Shown piece after piece: positions 24,929 through 36,812 of a DNA stretch of 64,000 nucleotides. The position numbers and the translations under genes were made by a program. The stretch lies in NCBI GenBank assembly GCA_965153285.1, contig OZ229119.1; one strand, given 5' to 3'. The notes under the pieces are model-generated. The model did not search any database and was not told where the DNA came from. It worked only from the letters and a program-made list of their open reading frames with translations. Source of the stretch: Podarcis tiliguerta (Eukaryota). Every line of letters begins with the position of its first letter. The first letter of the stretch is position 1.

Positions 24929-26390
24929 GTATGGTAAACATTGGTTTCTAATTTTGTTGACTTTAGACAATTCTCTTCGACAATAAACTGCCGATTCTCT
25001 TCATTTGATGAAGAACCATGTAATCAGGTATATTGGACATGTTCCATGGGGGGAACCTTTACTTTTGGATTGAACTGTTACTTGCATAAAGTGAACTGAA
25101 ACTGTGTGAGACATTTAATGCTATATATCTGAATCACTTTTGTTAGCCTGGACTTTAGATCGATAATACAATGCCCTCTGAAGAGGATATTATCTCAGTA
25201 AGATTTGCAGTGAATTTATAATGTAGGTCAAAATTATTACCCCCCATATTAGAGAAGTTTCTGAGGTTGAGAGATGATGGCTGCTTTAATATATATACTG
25301 TCAACCCACAGATAGAAAACCAGATTCCATTCCGGCGCTTCCCTATCCTGCTTTGGCATCTCCTAACGCAGAATGCTAGTTTGATGCTCTGAATTAATAC
25401 TTCAATATTGGTTTTAAGCCTGTTTTCCTCATCTAACTCCACAGGATTGATAACCTTGGATACTTGTTAAATATTTGTCTAAAACTGGGTGGATTCATTT
25501 ACAGTATCTCTCTAATGCTATCTCTTCTGGCACTGGCTGAGATAAAGGCTGAAAGACCAAACTTGCACAATCCTCAAAAAAGTGCTTGAGTCCTGCCCGG
25601 CTCTATGAGTGTGTTTTCGACTAAGTTGTTGAAGGATTGGTCGGTGCTGCAATACAATCTACCAATAAGCTGTGTGCATTTCAGTAGCCGTTGTGTGGGT
25701 GTTTGTTCCTTCAATACGGGGTTGCTTATAATGGCTGTGCCCTGATGAGGTTCCCATGTCCACAGAGTCAGATTAGAACAAGTTGAGGGTTGACTCTTTT
25801 CTGACATGCTTTGCAGCGTGACCCTGAAGGTCTGTTCTCCAAATGCTACTAATGTGACCAATCTTTTCAGTGTAGGTCTTTATGTGATTGGTCCCTGGAT
25901 TAGCTCACTTTACTCGCCTTCCAACTTTTTAGGATTTATAAAATAAAAAAGAGACGACTTTCCTTTTTGTGGGCTGGCACCACAAATTAGAAACCTTCAT
26001 ATTACCCTGCTGAAGGGTGATTAAACATGTTCAGATTAAGGGGATCCTAGCATTGATTCAAGGTTCTGCTGGTTAAGAATCCATCCTATTATTGTTGAGC
26101 AGTTGGTTAATAAATCTGTTGTGTTCATAGAAATTGTATATATTCTTGTTCACGGGTGGCTAATCCTTTTCAGGCCGAGGGCCACGCTGACCCCTGGTGA
26201 ACTCTGGGGCTGCATGTAAAAGTGGCTGTGGTAAAAGCTGCAGTTCTCAAGGCTTGCTTTCCAAAAAGCATTCCCAGCAGCTGCTTTACACTATTTTAAA
26301 TCATTCATTATAGCTCATAAAATTGCATTTGTTTAAAAGGACAAATTCTGAGGCAGTCTTTCAGGGGCTCGCAAAAACCTTTTGGCATTA

Positions 26391-26608
26391 CAGTCATACC
26401 TCGGGTTAAAGTAGCTTCAGGTTGAGTGTTTTCAGGTTGCATTCCACGGCGACCCGGAAGTAACGGAACGCGTTACTTCCGGGTTTTGCTGCTTGCGCAT
26501 GACATCACGTGCATGCGCAGAAGCAGACGCGGAGACGCAGGTTGCGTTCTGCTCAGGATGCGAACGGGGCTCTGGAATGGATCCCGTTCGCATCAAGAGG
26601 TACCACTG
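26391..26608. mobile_element. Tc1/mariner (pogo/Tigger-like) MITE
   Basis: TA|cagtcatacctc ... gaggtaccactg|TA; internal hairpin acccggaagtaacg..cgttacttccgggt; termini related to the element at 10477. Confidence 0.85.
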
Positions 26609-28132
26609 TATAGTGTCACAGAAAGGGATCCATAGGAGCTGTCAGTAAAAAATGAAGTACAGGGGAATGGACATGTTTTGCAGGTAATAAAAAACCTTTT
26701 TGCATGGAGGACCAATTTTTTTAATTTAAAAATGCTATATTTTGGGGGTGGTCTTGGTTACAAGAAGTCAGTGTGTGTGGATATGGCCTACAGTAAATCA
26801 TAGAGTAGTCTTGCATACTATTACAAACCGTGCTGACTAGCCTGAGATTGGGACAGCCATACTTGCACCCAGAGCTGGGCTGTGCTTTCTCCAGTGGAGG
26901 GTCCTTTAGTTCTGTTGCTGGAACTGGGAGTGCCTGAGTTTGACCCTGAGGTTTAAAATGCAGAAACCTTGCTGACAAAACTAGAAAGCCAGGCTGCTCT
27001 GATTTAATATTACTATGATCTTGCTTTCCTCCTCTTGGCCTGGTCAGTGGAATAAAATTTTCTACTTGGCCTGTCCAAGGGATCCATGCTGCTTGCCAAT
27101 CCTTGGAGCCAATATAGATTACCCCATTCTCATCTCTGACCAGTGGTTGTGTATAGACAGTATGAGATAGCTCACTAAGCGAGGGTCTCAGTACTAGTTG
27201 GTGGGGAGCAACAATGGGAGGCTGTTGTTATGCTTTTGTGGGCTTCCCAGAGGCATTTGATTGACTGATGTTGGTAACAGGATACTTCCTACAGTTGATG
27301 GATATTTGATGCGATCCATTTGGGCTTTTCTGACGTACTTCCACAGTCATGGTCATTTCCCCACCCCACTCTCTTATCTCTTGAAACTGCTTAACCTCCA
27401 GAATTTGAAAACACACTTGTACTTTGCACTGTCTGAGGCCCTGCAGGTCCAATAACAGATGCTGCTAACTTGTACTTGAATAAACTGCTGTCCGTGAACT
27501 GTCTTTTAGGTCAGTGGACAGAAAAGGTTTCAAAGTCAAACAACTAAAAAGGGTACAGTGGGTGGGACGCTCAGCATGCTGAAATGCTGTGTTCTTCCAT
27601 TAACTTATCAGTTTCATGATTTTCTGCAGTGCATCACAACTGTATAATAGCAAGATTCTGTCCTTCCCACCACTTCATAGCCCTTGAGAATAGCAGAGAC
27701 AAATGGAAAATATGTGGAAAACCTTTTGGATATTGCCTTTATATTATCTTTTAGTTACAGTACTTAGTTTTATATTGGCTGTCTATAAACCGCATTGAGG
27801 ACTGTCATGTCAAAATATTCGATACAAATTCTATAAGTAATAAATTCTGCACAATCACACTTCATGGGCTAGTGAGTCTACCAACAACATCCATAATAAT
27901 TGTTATATTTTAGTGCCTATTTGTTTTCATTTCTCAACTTCCAAGTTGTCCACAATCTACTAGCCACTTGACACCTTTGATACATCATTTTGTAGTCCTC
28001 CCTCCAATATCGTCTTTCTTCCTTTAAACCCTTCCAGTATTTTTTGGTAGTCAGTTTCTCATATACAGGCTAGAATAGATCTATTTCTCTTGCTTCATTC
28101 CATAATGGACTTAAGAGCATTTGTGGCTCTAC

Positions 28133-28151
28133 AAGTGCCCCCTGGTGGAAT
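28133..28151 (-). promoter_or_regulatory. Candidate CTCF motif (consensus match)
   Basis: Reverse complement TTCCACCAGGGGGCACTT matches CCASYAGRKGGCRS fully. Confidence 0.5.
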
Positions 28152-28399
28152 TTGTCAGCCACTATAGTAGTGCTAATGGGATTTATTTCTCATGAACACT
28201 TTACAAAGTGTATTTTGATGATTTTCTCTACAATTATGAGAACAAGAAGGTTGAAAAATATCAAAAAATTATCTCTTCTTATTCAGTCTGTCTTCAGTCA
28301 CCTAGACTGAACAACTGATTGGATTTTGCAGTTGTTATTTTTTAAAGGAATATCTGACTTGCAAGTACTTTCAAAGAAACCACCTTATATTGAGTTTAA

Positions 28400-28545
28400 C
28401 TGTTGGTCCATCTAGCTCAGTATGGTTGACACTGACTGGCAGCGGATTTCAGGCAAGAGTTCTCCATAGCGCTACCTGGAGATGCTGGGGATTGATCATG
28501 AAGCTTCTGCTTGAAAAGCAAATCTTGTGCCACTGAATCATGGCC
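28400..28545 (-). mobile_element. Degraded tRNA-head/CR1-tail SINE (Squam3-like); related copy at about 54190-54348
   Basis: ggtccatctagctcagtat..acactgactggcagcg..tggagatgctggggattga; tRNA-like head on the minus strand. Confidence 0.5.
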
Positions 28546-28613
28546 TTTCTCCAGTGCTGTTTTCCTGCATGGTTGCTTAAAATACGTAATCCTGGCCACT
28601 TTCACAAGTGGGA

Positions 28614-29171
28614 TGTCAGGGACTGGCTGGGCGATTAGGAATGGTGGGAGGCTGTAGCCGCAGTACCCTCTAGTGAAACCACAGAAGAGGAAGGCTCCAA
28701 CCCAGGGAATGTTGGTGGCAGATGGAAGACAGTCAGAGGATGAAGGGGTGCAGGCAGAATGGTTGAATGCTGAACAAGCAACAGGCTTGAGTGAGAGGAA
28801 GAAGAGGCAGAAAATGGCAGGTGTAGGACAGACAACTGAAGGGGAGGTGGGGGCTGAGGCTGCAACAGATTCACAGGAGCCTTCTGGTCCTACTGTATGC
28901 AGCTCCCCTCCCTCATTATCTCCAAACACTTGGAGAATTTTGCATGCAGCAGAATGACAAGCCCAGAGGTTGTAGCGGCCCCTTCCCAGCAGAGTTTAAG
29001 ACTGCAGGGAAAACAGCTGGATGGGTGGGAGACCCAGATCATCAGTTCTGGCAACTTCTTCAGTGGGGCCAGTCTCGCATAGGATTTTCTTGTTTGTATT
29101 CTGTTTCCTTGAATAAAGAACCAATTTTACTGCTCAGCTCTGAGTCTCCGTACTGACCTGCAGCCCTGACA
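28614..29171 (+). mobile_element. Solo LTR (Gypsy/ERV type), 558 bp
   Basis: TGTCAGGG...CCCTGACA inverted TG..CA ends; AATAAA at 29112, about 55 nt from the 3' end; no TSD visible. Confidence 0.7.
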
Positions 29172-29383
29172 TTGCATTTTAAGAACTTTCTGTACTCTTA
29201 CTTTTTCTAAGGATTAGCACACATATTTGTGCAGAATATTTCTGGATTGTGTTTTTCTGATATATTATGCTAATTGAAAATCTAGCTGTGAAACTACACA
29301 AAACTTGAAAGCTGATCATGTTACACAGCACCATATTAATGTTCTCTGATATTAAAAATAATACCTTTTATGTGATTTGGCAG

Positions 29384-29445
29384 GATTTTATAGCTGCAAC
29401 ACAGAAATTATGCCTGGTATAAATAACTGGACTTCTGATATACAG
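29384..29445 (+). CDS. C2CD5: C2CD5 coding exon (GFYSCNTEIMPGINNWTSDIQ)
   Basis: ggcag|...CAG|gtaaag. Confidence 0.95.
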
Positions 29446-30220
29446 GTAAAGAAAAAAGCATACAAAAACAAAAATTAAATGCCTTTTCTTTCATAGTGAA
29501 ATGTATAATCTCAGACCTAAATAATGATTTGTGTCTAACACAGTGTTTAGCATTCATAAGAATTATTATCCAAGTAAAAAAATTATAGGAGCAAGATCCC
29601 CCATACCATCAGTTCTTTATAAAAAATTAGGGCCCAGTGGTGGCACAATGGATTGTATCTAAAGGTGCCCTCCACTCAGAGAAGGACCATTTTTACACCT
29701 TCCACTAGAGTCCCCTTACTCATCCTGCTGCCCTCCAGATGTTTTGGACTACAACTCTTACCAGCCATCACCAACAACTGGAAGGCAACAGGTTGGGGAT
29801 GGCTAAAGAGATTGTTTGGCTTCTGCAAACTGTGCTCAAGATGAAGCATGAGAACTGCTATGAAACCCACCTTAACAAATGAATGAATGGACCTGAATAT
29901 CTCTCTTCAGCAAAGGTTTACAGGGCACTTTACAAAGATGCTAATAATAATAATAATACAACATAAGATCCAAACATAAATTGCAGTGGGGCCACACAAA
30001 GCAGGAAATACTGTTTTTAAAATATGAGGAGGAAAAGTATTTGGTGCCCCAAATAAAATAGTTTGCATGCCCTGCAAGCCTTCCAGGCACCACATCTAAA
30101 TGTGCCTTCTTCTCCTTGGTTGCTAGCCACTTCACCTCAGGTAGAGGCATTCAAACGAGAGCGCTGATAAGATTATTTTAATACACAGCCAAGTTGCTAT
30201 GGGAGTAATTACTGTTCCAT

Positions 30221-30496
30221 TTACCTGGGTCCCAAACAGTATAGGGCATTATAGCTAAGTGCTAGCAATTTGAATTGCACTCTGAAATGCACCAGGCGCC
30301 AATATTCAATATTACTGAGGTTTTCTTCCCGATGACCAGTCTCAGTTAGTGCCCTACCAACTGTGTTCTGTGCAGCTTTCAGTTTCTGAGCTGTGTTCAA
30401 GTGTAACATGTCCCCACCCTCATCTACCAGGTTACGGTAGTCTAATTGGAGCATTACCAGAGCATGGATGACTGGCTATCTAGGAGAGGTCCCAGT
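30221..30496 (-). mobile_element. Old L2 LINE ORF2 C-terminal remnant
   Basis: LDYRN...QKLKAAQNTVGRALT...YWRLVHFRVQFKLLALSYNALYCLGP matches L2 (RLDYCN..KLQLVQNAAARLLT..HWLPV.FR.QFK.L.L.YKAL.GLGP). Confidence 0.8.
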
Positions 30497-30778
30497 TACT
30501 ACTACTACTAATAATAATAAATTTTATTTATATCCCGCCCTCCCCAGCCGAAGCCGGGCTCAGGGCGGCTAACACCACTAAAATAGTACAACATTATAAA
30601 ACATTATAAAAAATTAATTAAGATCAAATTGAAAATTGATGGCAACCATAACTAAAGTTTTGTAAAGATTGCCAAAGGAGGGAGTCAGGCTGCACCCTGA
30701 CCAAAGGCCTGGTGGAACAGCTCTGTCTTGCAGGCCCTGCGGGAAGATGTCAAGTCTTGCAGGGCCCTAGTCTCTTGT
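30497..30778 (-). mobile_element. Younger LINE (L2-like) 3' end with microsatellite tail, inserted in the older L2
   Basis: tactactaataataataaattttatttatatcccgccctccccagccgaagccgggctcagggcggct...; CpG-rich, so less decayed. Confidence 0.65.
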
Positions 30779-31364
30779 AATAATACTACACCAGCCTAAG
30801 CTGGTGAAACGTATTATGTGCCACTGATTTAACGTGGGTCTGTTGTGACACACCTAGGAGTGTCCTCAAGCTGTGAACCTGGCGTGGGTATGAGTGTAAT
30901 CCCATCGAGAACAGTTTAACACCATCAAGCAAATGAACTATTATTCCACGGAAGTGCTCATCAAGATTGAGTTTTGTTGTAGCGCCATGTGAAGTTTTTA
31001 TGGAAAAATGCTAGTGGGTTTCTCCACTACTGCCCTGCACCTTCACCTCACAGATATTTGGAACCAAACCTAAAAGTTAAACTCTAAACTATGTTCCTAA
31101 TCTTTCCCTTCTCTGGTACAAACCCATGGCCCCTCCATTATATAAATACATAGCACATATAGAATTTACTTGCACATACCAACACAGGTTCATGGCTCTT
31201 AGTTGTACTGTAAAATGGAGCAGACAAGTTCTATCTGTGTTAAGTCATCCTGGATTTAAAACAACAACAAACTTCATCACCTCTCTCAACCTTAATTACT
31301 TATATGGTCTGTAATAAAATTAAATTTAAATGGCAACTCATTTAATTTGTTGTTTCTGCTTTAG

Positions 31365-31463
31365 ATGTTCACATCAGTGAGAGTCTCCAGACTTAATAAT
31401 GTTACCCTAACAAACCAAACGCTCAACAAGACCTTTAATGATCTCTGTGAGAATCTGCTCAAG
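31365..31463 (+). CDS. C2CD5: C2CD5 coding exon (MFTSVRVSRLNNVTLTNQTLNKTFNDLCENLLK)
   Basis: ctttag|...AAG|gtaaat; 99 nt. Confidence 0.95.
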
Positions 31464-32393
31464 GTAAATGGATGGCTGCTGGAACTATGGATGTGTTTGA
31501 ACTATTAAGTTTTTTTGCCCGTGGTACCTAGAATTACTTTTCTGGCACGTCTCAGTGCCTAGTTTTCTGCTTGTGGCCAACTCTGGAGTGGATTGCTTAA
31601 GCTAATACTGAATGGGGCAGTGCTGGCGAGTGGGTGGGCACAGCCTTGTAGCAAAGCGGCGTACTAGAAGGCTACTTGGTCCATTCCAACTTTAGGTCTC
31701 AGGAAATCATATACAAATGTTAAATGGCACATAAGATAATGCAAATCTACATCTATTTTCTTGTTAAGACACTAGAGTAAGTATCAGTGTATGTGATTCA
31801 TTAGCTATCTCTGGGAGCCGTGGACATGGTGAAGGGATTTATGGCTGTGTTCCTTGTTCTACTTTAAAACATGAAGGGTGCTTCTCACCAAAATTACTTT
31901 TCTGAAAACCACTGACAACATACAAATCCAGTAGTAGCACAACACCTGTGGCAGAGATGGAAGATTTTTTGCACGGGCATTTCTGGAGTTTGACCAAAAG
32001 CCACACATTCAGCATGGAGTGACAAAGATTGGCAACTATACAGTAATTAGCAAAGTCATCAATGATTCTTAAATGCCACTTTAATGCCACTGTAAGAAAC
32101 TGAGTCCCCCCCCCCCCCCACATACATATTTGCAATATATATCTCCAAATGTATAAATCTTTCCAACATATCTTTGCAAACCACTACAGGCAAGGGTCCA
32201 AGTATGCCAAAAACAGCATACTCAAAATGATTCACGCACATTTTAAGGGTAGATGGCAGCATCTGCTCACACTGATATAGCTGAAGCAGGGAATTAGAAT
32301 TGGGTTACAAAGAAATGAAAACCAGACTTCCACCAATTCAGAGCATACTAGATACATAATATATAATATATACTAATTTCTTGTGTTCAACAG

Positions 32394-32483
32394 AGCCTGT
32401 ATTTTAAACTTCGATCAATGATTCCTTGCTGTCTGTGCCATGTAAATTTTACAGTTGCTCTTCCAGAGGATGAATTAATTCAG
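32394..32483 (+). CDS. C2CD5: C2CD5 coding exon (SLYFKLRSMIPCCLCHVNFTVALPEDELIQ)
   Basis: caacag|...CAG|gtaagc; 90 nt. Confidence 0.96.
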
Positions 32484-34579
32484 GTAAGCCAGTCCATTCA
32501 CCTTTTTGTATTTGAAGCTCTTCACATCAATCTGTGACAGGAGCAGACTTTGAAAAAGTAAAGCTGGTCAAGTCAGACACAGGTTATTCTGAAAGCTCCT
32601 TCCCAACCATTTAGTTTTACAATTTTGAGTTTAAAAGCTTGGCCTGCTTAGCAAACAAAGTTTATGAAGATACTTTGGAGAATGACAGTTGTAATGCTCC
32701 TTTTCACTGCTCAGTTGCTGTAGGATATGCATTCTCAAGAACGTGGCTGTTTTCGGCAAGGCCCTGGACATAGTATATAACTTTGATAATTTAAACGTGT
32801 CTCCACAGAAATGTTCATGTGGTTCCATGTAATTGCAGTGCTCGTTGCCATTTCCTTTTAAAATATGTGTGGCCATGCTGTGAGCCTATTTTAGCAATTG
32901 CTGTATTTAAATGAGAGGTTTGACTGCATTCTAACCTTTTCAGTTATTTGCATGCCCCAGAGTAAGGTGAAATCATGTTTAATTAAATTTCTTTCTTTCA
33001 ACGTTGTTGTGAGGAATGCTGACAGAAACAAAACCTTACTATGATTACACTGTTGCATACAAACTGTTTTGCTATTTTAAAAGGTTTTTCAGATGGTTGT
33101 GATGCTTGTAATTGTTTTTTTTTTTTTTTTAATGTGCTGTTTTGTGGTTTGCTGCCCTGGGCCAGCTTGCAAGGAAGGCAGAGTTTTATAAAATCTCAAA
33201 TCAGCCATACAAAGTACCATTGCCCTGGATAGTTATTTGCCTACCATTTTTCCTTTACACAGTCCCAGGCAACTTTATTTCTAATTATAAGTTATCAAAA
33301 TAGGCTCACGCAATGGAATAGTTTGTATTGAAAGATCATTCAGTTGGATTCAGACTATTACAGTCATACCTGCCATCAGGTTCTGTTGATTTTGGGGGTG
33401 GAAGACATGGGGCTAGTGCAGTGATCAGACCCGATCCTGTCCCATGGTGCTAGTTTCGGATCTAGCAGATTCCAGTCTGTCACAGCCCCTCCCCCATTTG
33501 GGGGCTTTCTGCAGGCTGCTGCCAATCCAGCCTGTGGCACTTCTGCCCACTTGCATGTTTCTCAGGCAGAACAGAGAGTTCCCTGCCAGTGGAGTAACAC
33601 TGGCATCACTCCACCAGTGGAAACTAGCAGGGCTTGGTAGAGGAGACCTCTGTCCAGTGCACACAAACCCTAAAAAGAAGGCAAGATCAATTGCAACCTT
33701 AGGTCGGATCCAATCCATAGTGATTAGGTTATGATGTTCCGTAAAAGTTTTTGAATTCAAACCTGTCTTGCACCCACTGCACCTGAAATGAGAGTCCAGG
33801 ATTGGCAAGGCATAGGACAAATATCACCCAATTGGACAGCCTGCCTGCTGCCCAGTATTTCTCTCCCCAGCCCCACCAGCTGTGGAATGCTCATAGGAGT
33901 CCCCTGGCATCAGGGGTTCACCCTGACGTGGGCCGTTTTCAGGAAGGCCTCATCCAAGAACCTGGATGGTTGATGGGCAACCCTGCCCCTAAGCTGGGGC
34001 CAAGGCCTAATCGGTGCCCCCAATATTCCTTAGCCACCGCCCCACCCCCCGTGTAACTGCTGTTCCTTCCGAGTGCCCTTCACCCACCAACAGATGTTCT
34101 GGCAATAAAAATGCCAGAAAACATCCTGACTGATGAGGAAGGCAATAAAATCCCCCTCAAACAGCTAAAAATGTGGAGGGTAACTAGTGACAGCTGATGC
34201 CCATAGCAAGAGTGTGCAACAGAGGGAAGGTGAGCAGGGAAATCACCTCCAACACTAATGTGTCTCTGTGTGGCATGTCCAGTATTTAAATACTTGGTGT
34301 GGTCCACAGACGCAAAGTTCTGGTTCATGGCAAGTCTCTGTCCCCCAGGCAGTCAAATGAGCTTGGATTGGCACCCAGTGAGGGCCAATGGAGGTGCACT
34401 TCCTAACACCTCTTCTCCTTCACCCTTGAGCATGCCATCTGCTGAGATCAGCAAGTGAAGATTTCCGTTAACCACCAGTTAAGAAAAATGCCATGGTTAA
34501 GTTAAAATGCCATGGTTAAGTTAAAAAGCAAAGTGTGAAGGTTTGCACAATGTGAGTCTGTATATCTCCCCAAAGTGTA

Positions 34580-34940
34580 AGGTAAAGGGACCTCTGACCA
34601 TTAGGTCCAGTTGTGACCGACTCTGGGGTTGCAGTGCTCATCTCGCTCTATAGGCGAGGGAGCCGGCATTTGTCTGCAGACAGCTTCTGGGTCATGTGGC
34701 CAGCATGACTAAGTCGCTTCTGGCGAACCAGAGCAGCACACGGAAACGCCGTTTACCTTCCTGCCGGAGCGGTACCTATTTATCTACTTGCACTTTGACG
34801 TGCTTTCGAACTGCTAAGTTGGCAGGAGCAGGGACTGAGCAACAGGAGCTCACTCCGTCGCGGGGATTCGAACTGCCGAACTTCTGATTGGCGAATCCTA
34901 GGCTCTGTGGTTTAACCCACAGCGCCACCCGCATCCCTTG
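34580..34940 (-). mobile_element. Sauria SINE, full length
   Basis: Reverse complement of the SINE; 11-bp TSD CCCAAAGTGTA (34569-34579 and 34941-34951). Confidence 0.93.
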
Positions 34941-35025
34941 CCCAAAGTGTAGATGGGGTTCATTTTAAACTTTGAAATAAAGTCTAAGGAATAAAAACCT
35001 GACAACGTTATATTTACAATTGCAG

Positions 35026-35113
35026 GTCACTGTTACAGCAGTTGCAATAACATTTGACAAACACCAAGCTTTGCAAGCAGCTAAAACGCCTGCAGAAAAA
35101 ACATTACAAAGAG
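35026..35113 (+). CDS. C2CD5: C2CD5 coding exon (VTVTAVAITFDKHQALQAAKTPAEKTLQR)
   Basis: ttgcag|...G|gtaaac. Confidence 0.95.
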
Positions 35114-36062
35114 GTAAACACATTGAGGAACTTAAAACTGTCAGCTCTTGCCTTTTATGTGTGCTATAATTGTTCATTGTCACAGCCATCTCAGGATGTC
35201 CATTCATTTAATTGGGCCTAAGTGGGTGTCATTAGGTGCAGCACTGCAGCCTAGACACCCTTTCCTAATGTTGCTGCAACATATTTCATCTTTAAAATTG
35301 TTACGATCAAGCAGCTTTTATCATTCTCAGGTTTGCTTTTAACCACTTCTTGCAGGCTGTGGCATGTTTCACAAGCAAGCGAAACAATCATACATTTATG
35401 CTGCTCACACACACACTGGGATGGTGATGATGCATGCAGATGCTGGGGGTGGATTGAAACTCTAATGTTTTTAATTCCATGCCTTGATTAAGATTGATTA
35501 ATTTAATTGTAGTGTGTGCAGTGGCTTACAGGGTGTGAGTCTGAGAGTAAACTGCATTAAAGTGCCCTGTGTTCATGCCTCTGGGGAATAGAATTAACAT
35601 CAACTGAAGCAATACCTGTGGGTAACCTTATGGCGTGATTTCTCAATTTGACCGGTGATTTTTCCAGAGGGGCACAGGTCTTCAGGGCATATTTAGAAGC
35701 TGCTGGTACTACTTAATCAGTTAAGTGAACTGTAGTTATTAGTGAACATCTCTTTGCTTTCCACTACAGTGGATTGCTAAGGAAGTTGTCCTGTTATCAC
35801 AATGACTTCTGACTGTGCAGCAGGTCATCTTCTTTTCTCCCCAGAGGAAATCCAGAATAGATTGGGGGAGCAGAAGAGAGGCAGAGGAAGTCCCATTGTG
35901 CAGGCAGAAGTCCTTGCACTAAAGGGACAATTTCATTGGATACAACCAAGTCTGTGGGTTTTTTTGTTTTGTTTGTGTAGGTAGGTATATGTGGATTTTG
36001 TAAAGGAGAAATAAATTAATGTTTTTGTGCCTTTCTTCTTCTTTTGTTGTATTTGTTGCCAG

Positions 36063-36149
36063 CTTCTACAGACAATGAAGAACAGCTACAGTTTACCATG
36101 GAGCTTTCTTCTGATCCTCATGCTCCCCAGCAATTCTCGCCAGCAAAAG
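36063..36149 (+). CDS. C2CD5: C2CD5 coding exon (ASTDNEEQLQFTMELSSDPHAPQQFSPAK)
   Basis: gccag|...G|gttggt; 87 nt. Confidence 0.93.
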
Positions 36150-36675
36150 GTTGGTTAAAGAAAAAGGCCATATGCTTATCTTCCTGTGTTCCATCCACTT
36201 GCTCCTTTTTTGTTTGTCAACCTTAGAAGTAGCCCGGCTACGCAATGCAAGTTTTTTGTTTGCCAAAAAGACTTCATCCTCCGGATATGTGAGGAGGGCG
36301 AAACAAAATGTTCTTAATATGTCTGCTGTGCAGTCTCTTTTTAAAAACAGGGTGGCTGCTGCTGAAGAGGGAGCAAATGAACAGGAACAACTTGCGCTTC
36401 TTTTACTGCTCTTCTGATGCTGCTTTGAGCTGCTGCCAAACAGCCATTCTAGTCTAGAGACAGCTGCATTTCGGAAAAGTATGAGGTGGTTCATCGAACT
36501 ACAAAATGTGCTCTGAAGCAATGGGTTTTGCTGAGTCTGAATCAAGTCTTTTTGGAATTTTAAGAATTGTAAATATTGTAGATTATTTCTCTTGGAGAGG
36601 CAGATATAACTAACAATGCGCCGTGCCAGGTATTTTCCAAAGGAAAGGAAATGTTCCACCACCCTCATCCTAAAT

Positions 36676-36812
36676 CAGACTTCCTCAAACTCATCCCTCC
36701 AGATGTTTTTGGCCTACGACTCCCCTGATCCCTAGCTAGCAGGACCAGTGGTCAGGGATGATGGGAATTGTAGTCTCAAAAACATCTAGAGGGCCATGTT
36801 TGAGGAAACCTG
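36676..36812. mobile_element. hAT-family palindromic MITE
   Basis: TIR cagacttcctcaaac / gtttgaggaaacctg; perfect 8-bp TSD TCCTAAAT (36668-36675 and 36813-36820). Confidence 0.88.

Noticed and set aside
28417-28957. 170-aa and 94-aa ORFs
   Set aside because: Fall in the purine-rich interior of the solo LTR and adjacent SINE; no protein homology recognised
34484-34525. Short local tandem duplications (also about 8860, 42057, 42113 and 63741)
   Set aside because: Ordinary slippage products; no regular repeat-spacer structure, so not CRISPR-like
36093-36668. 191-aa minus-strand ORF overlapping a C2CD5 exon
   Set aside because: No recognisable motif or supporting splice or promoter structure
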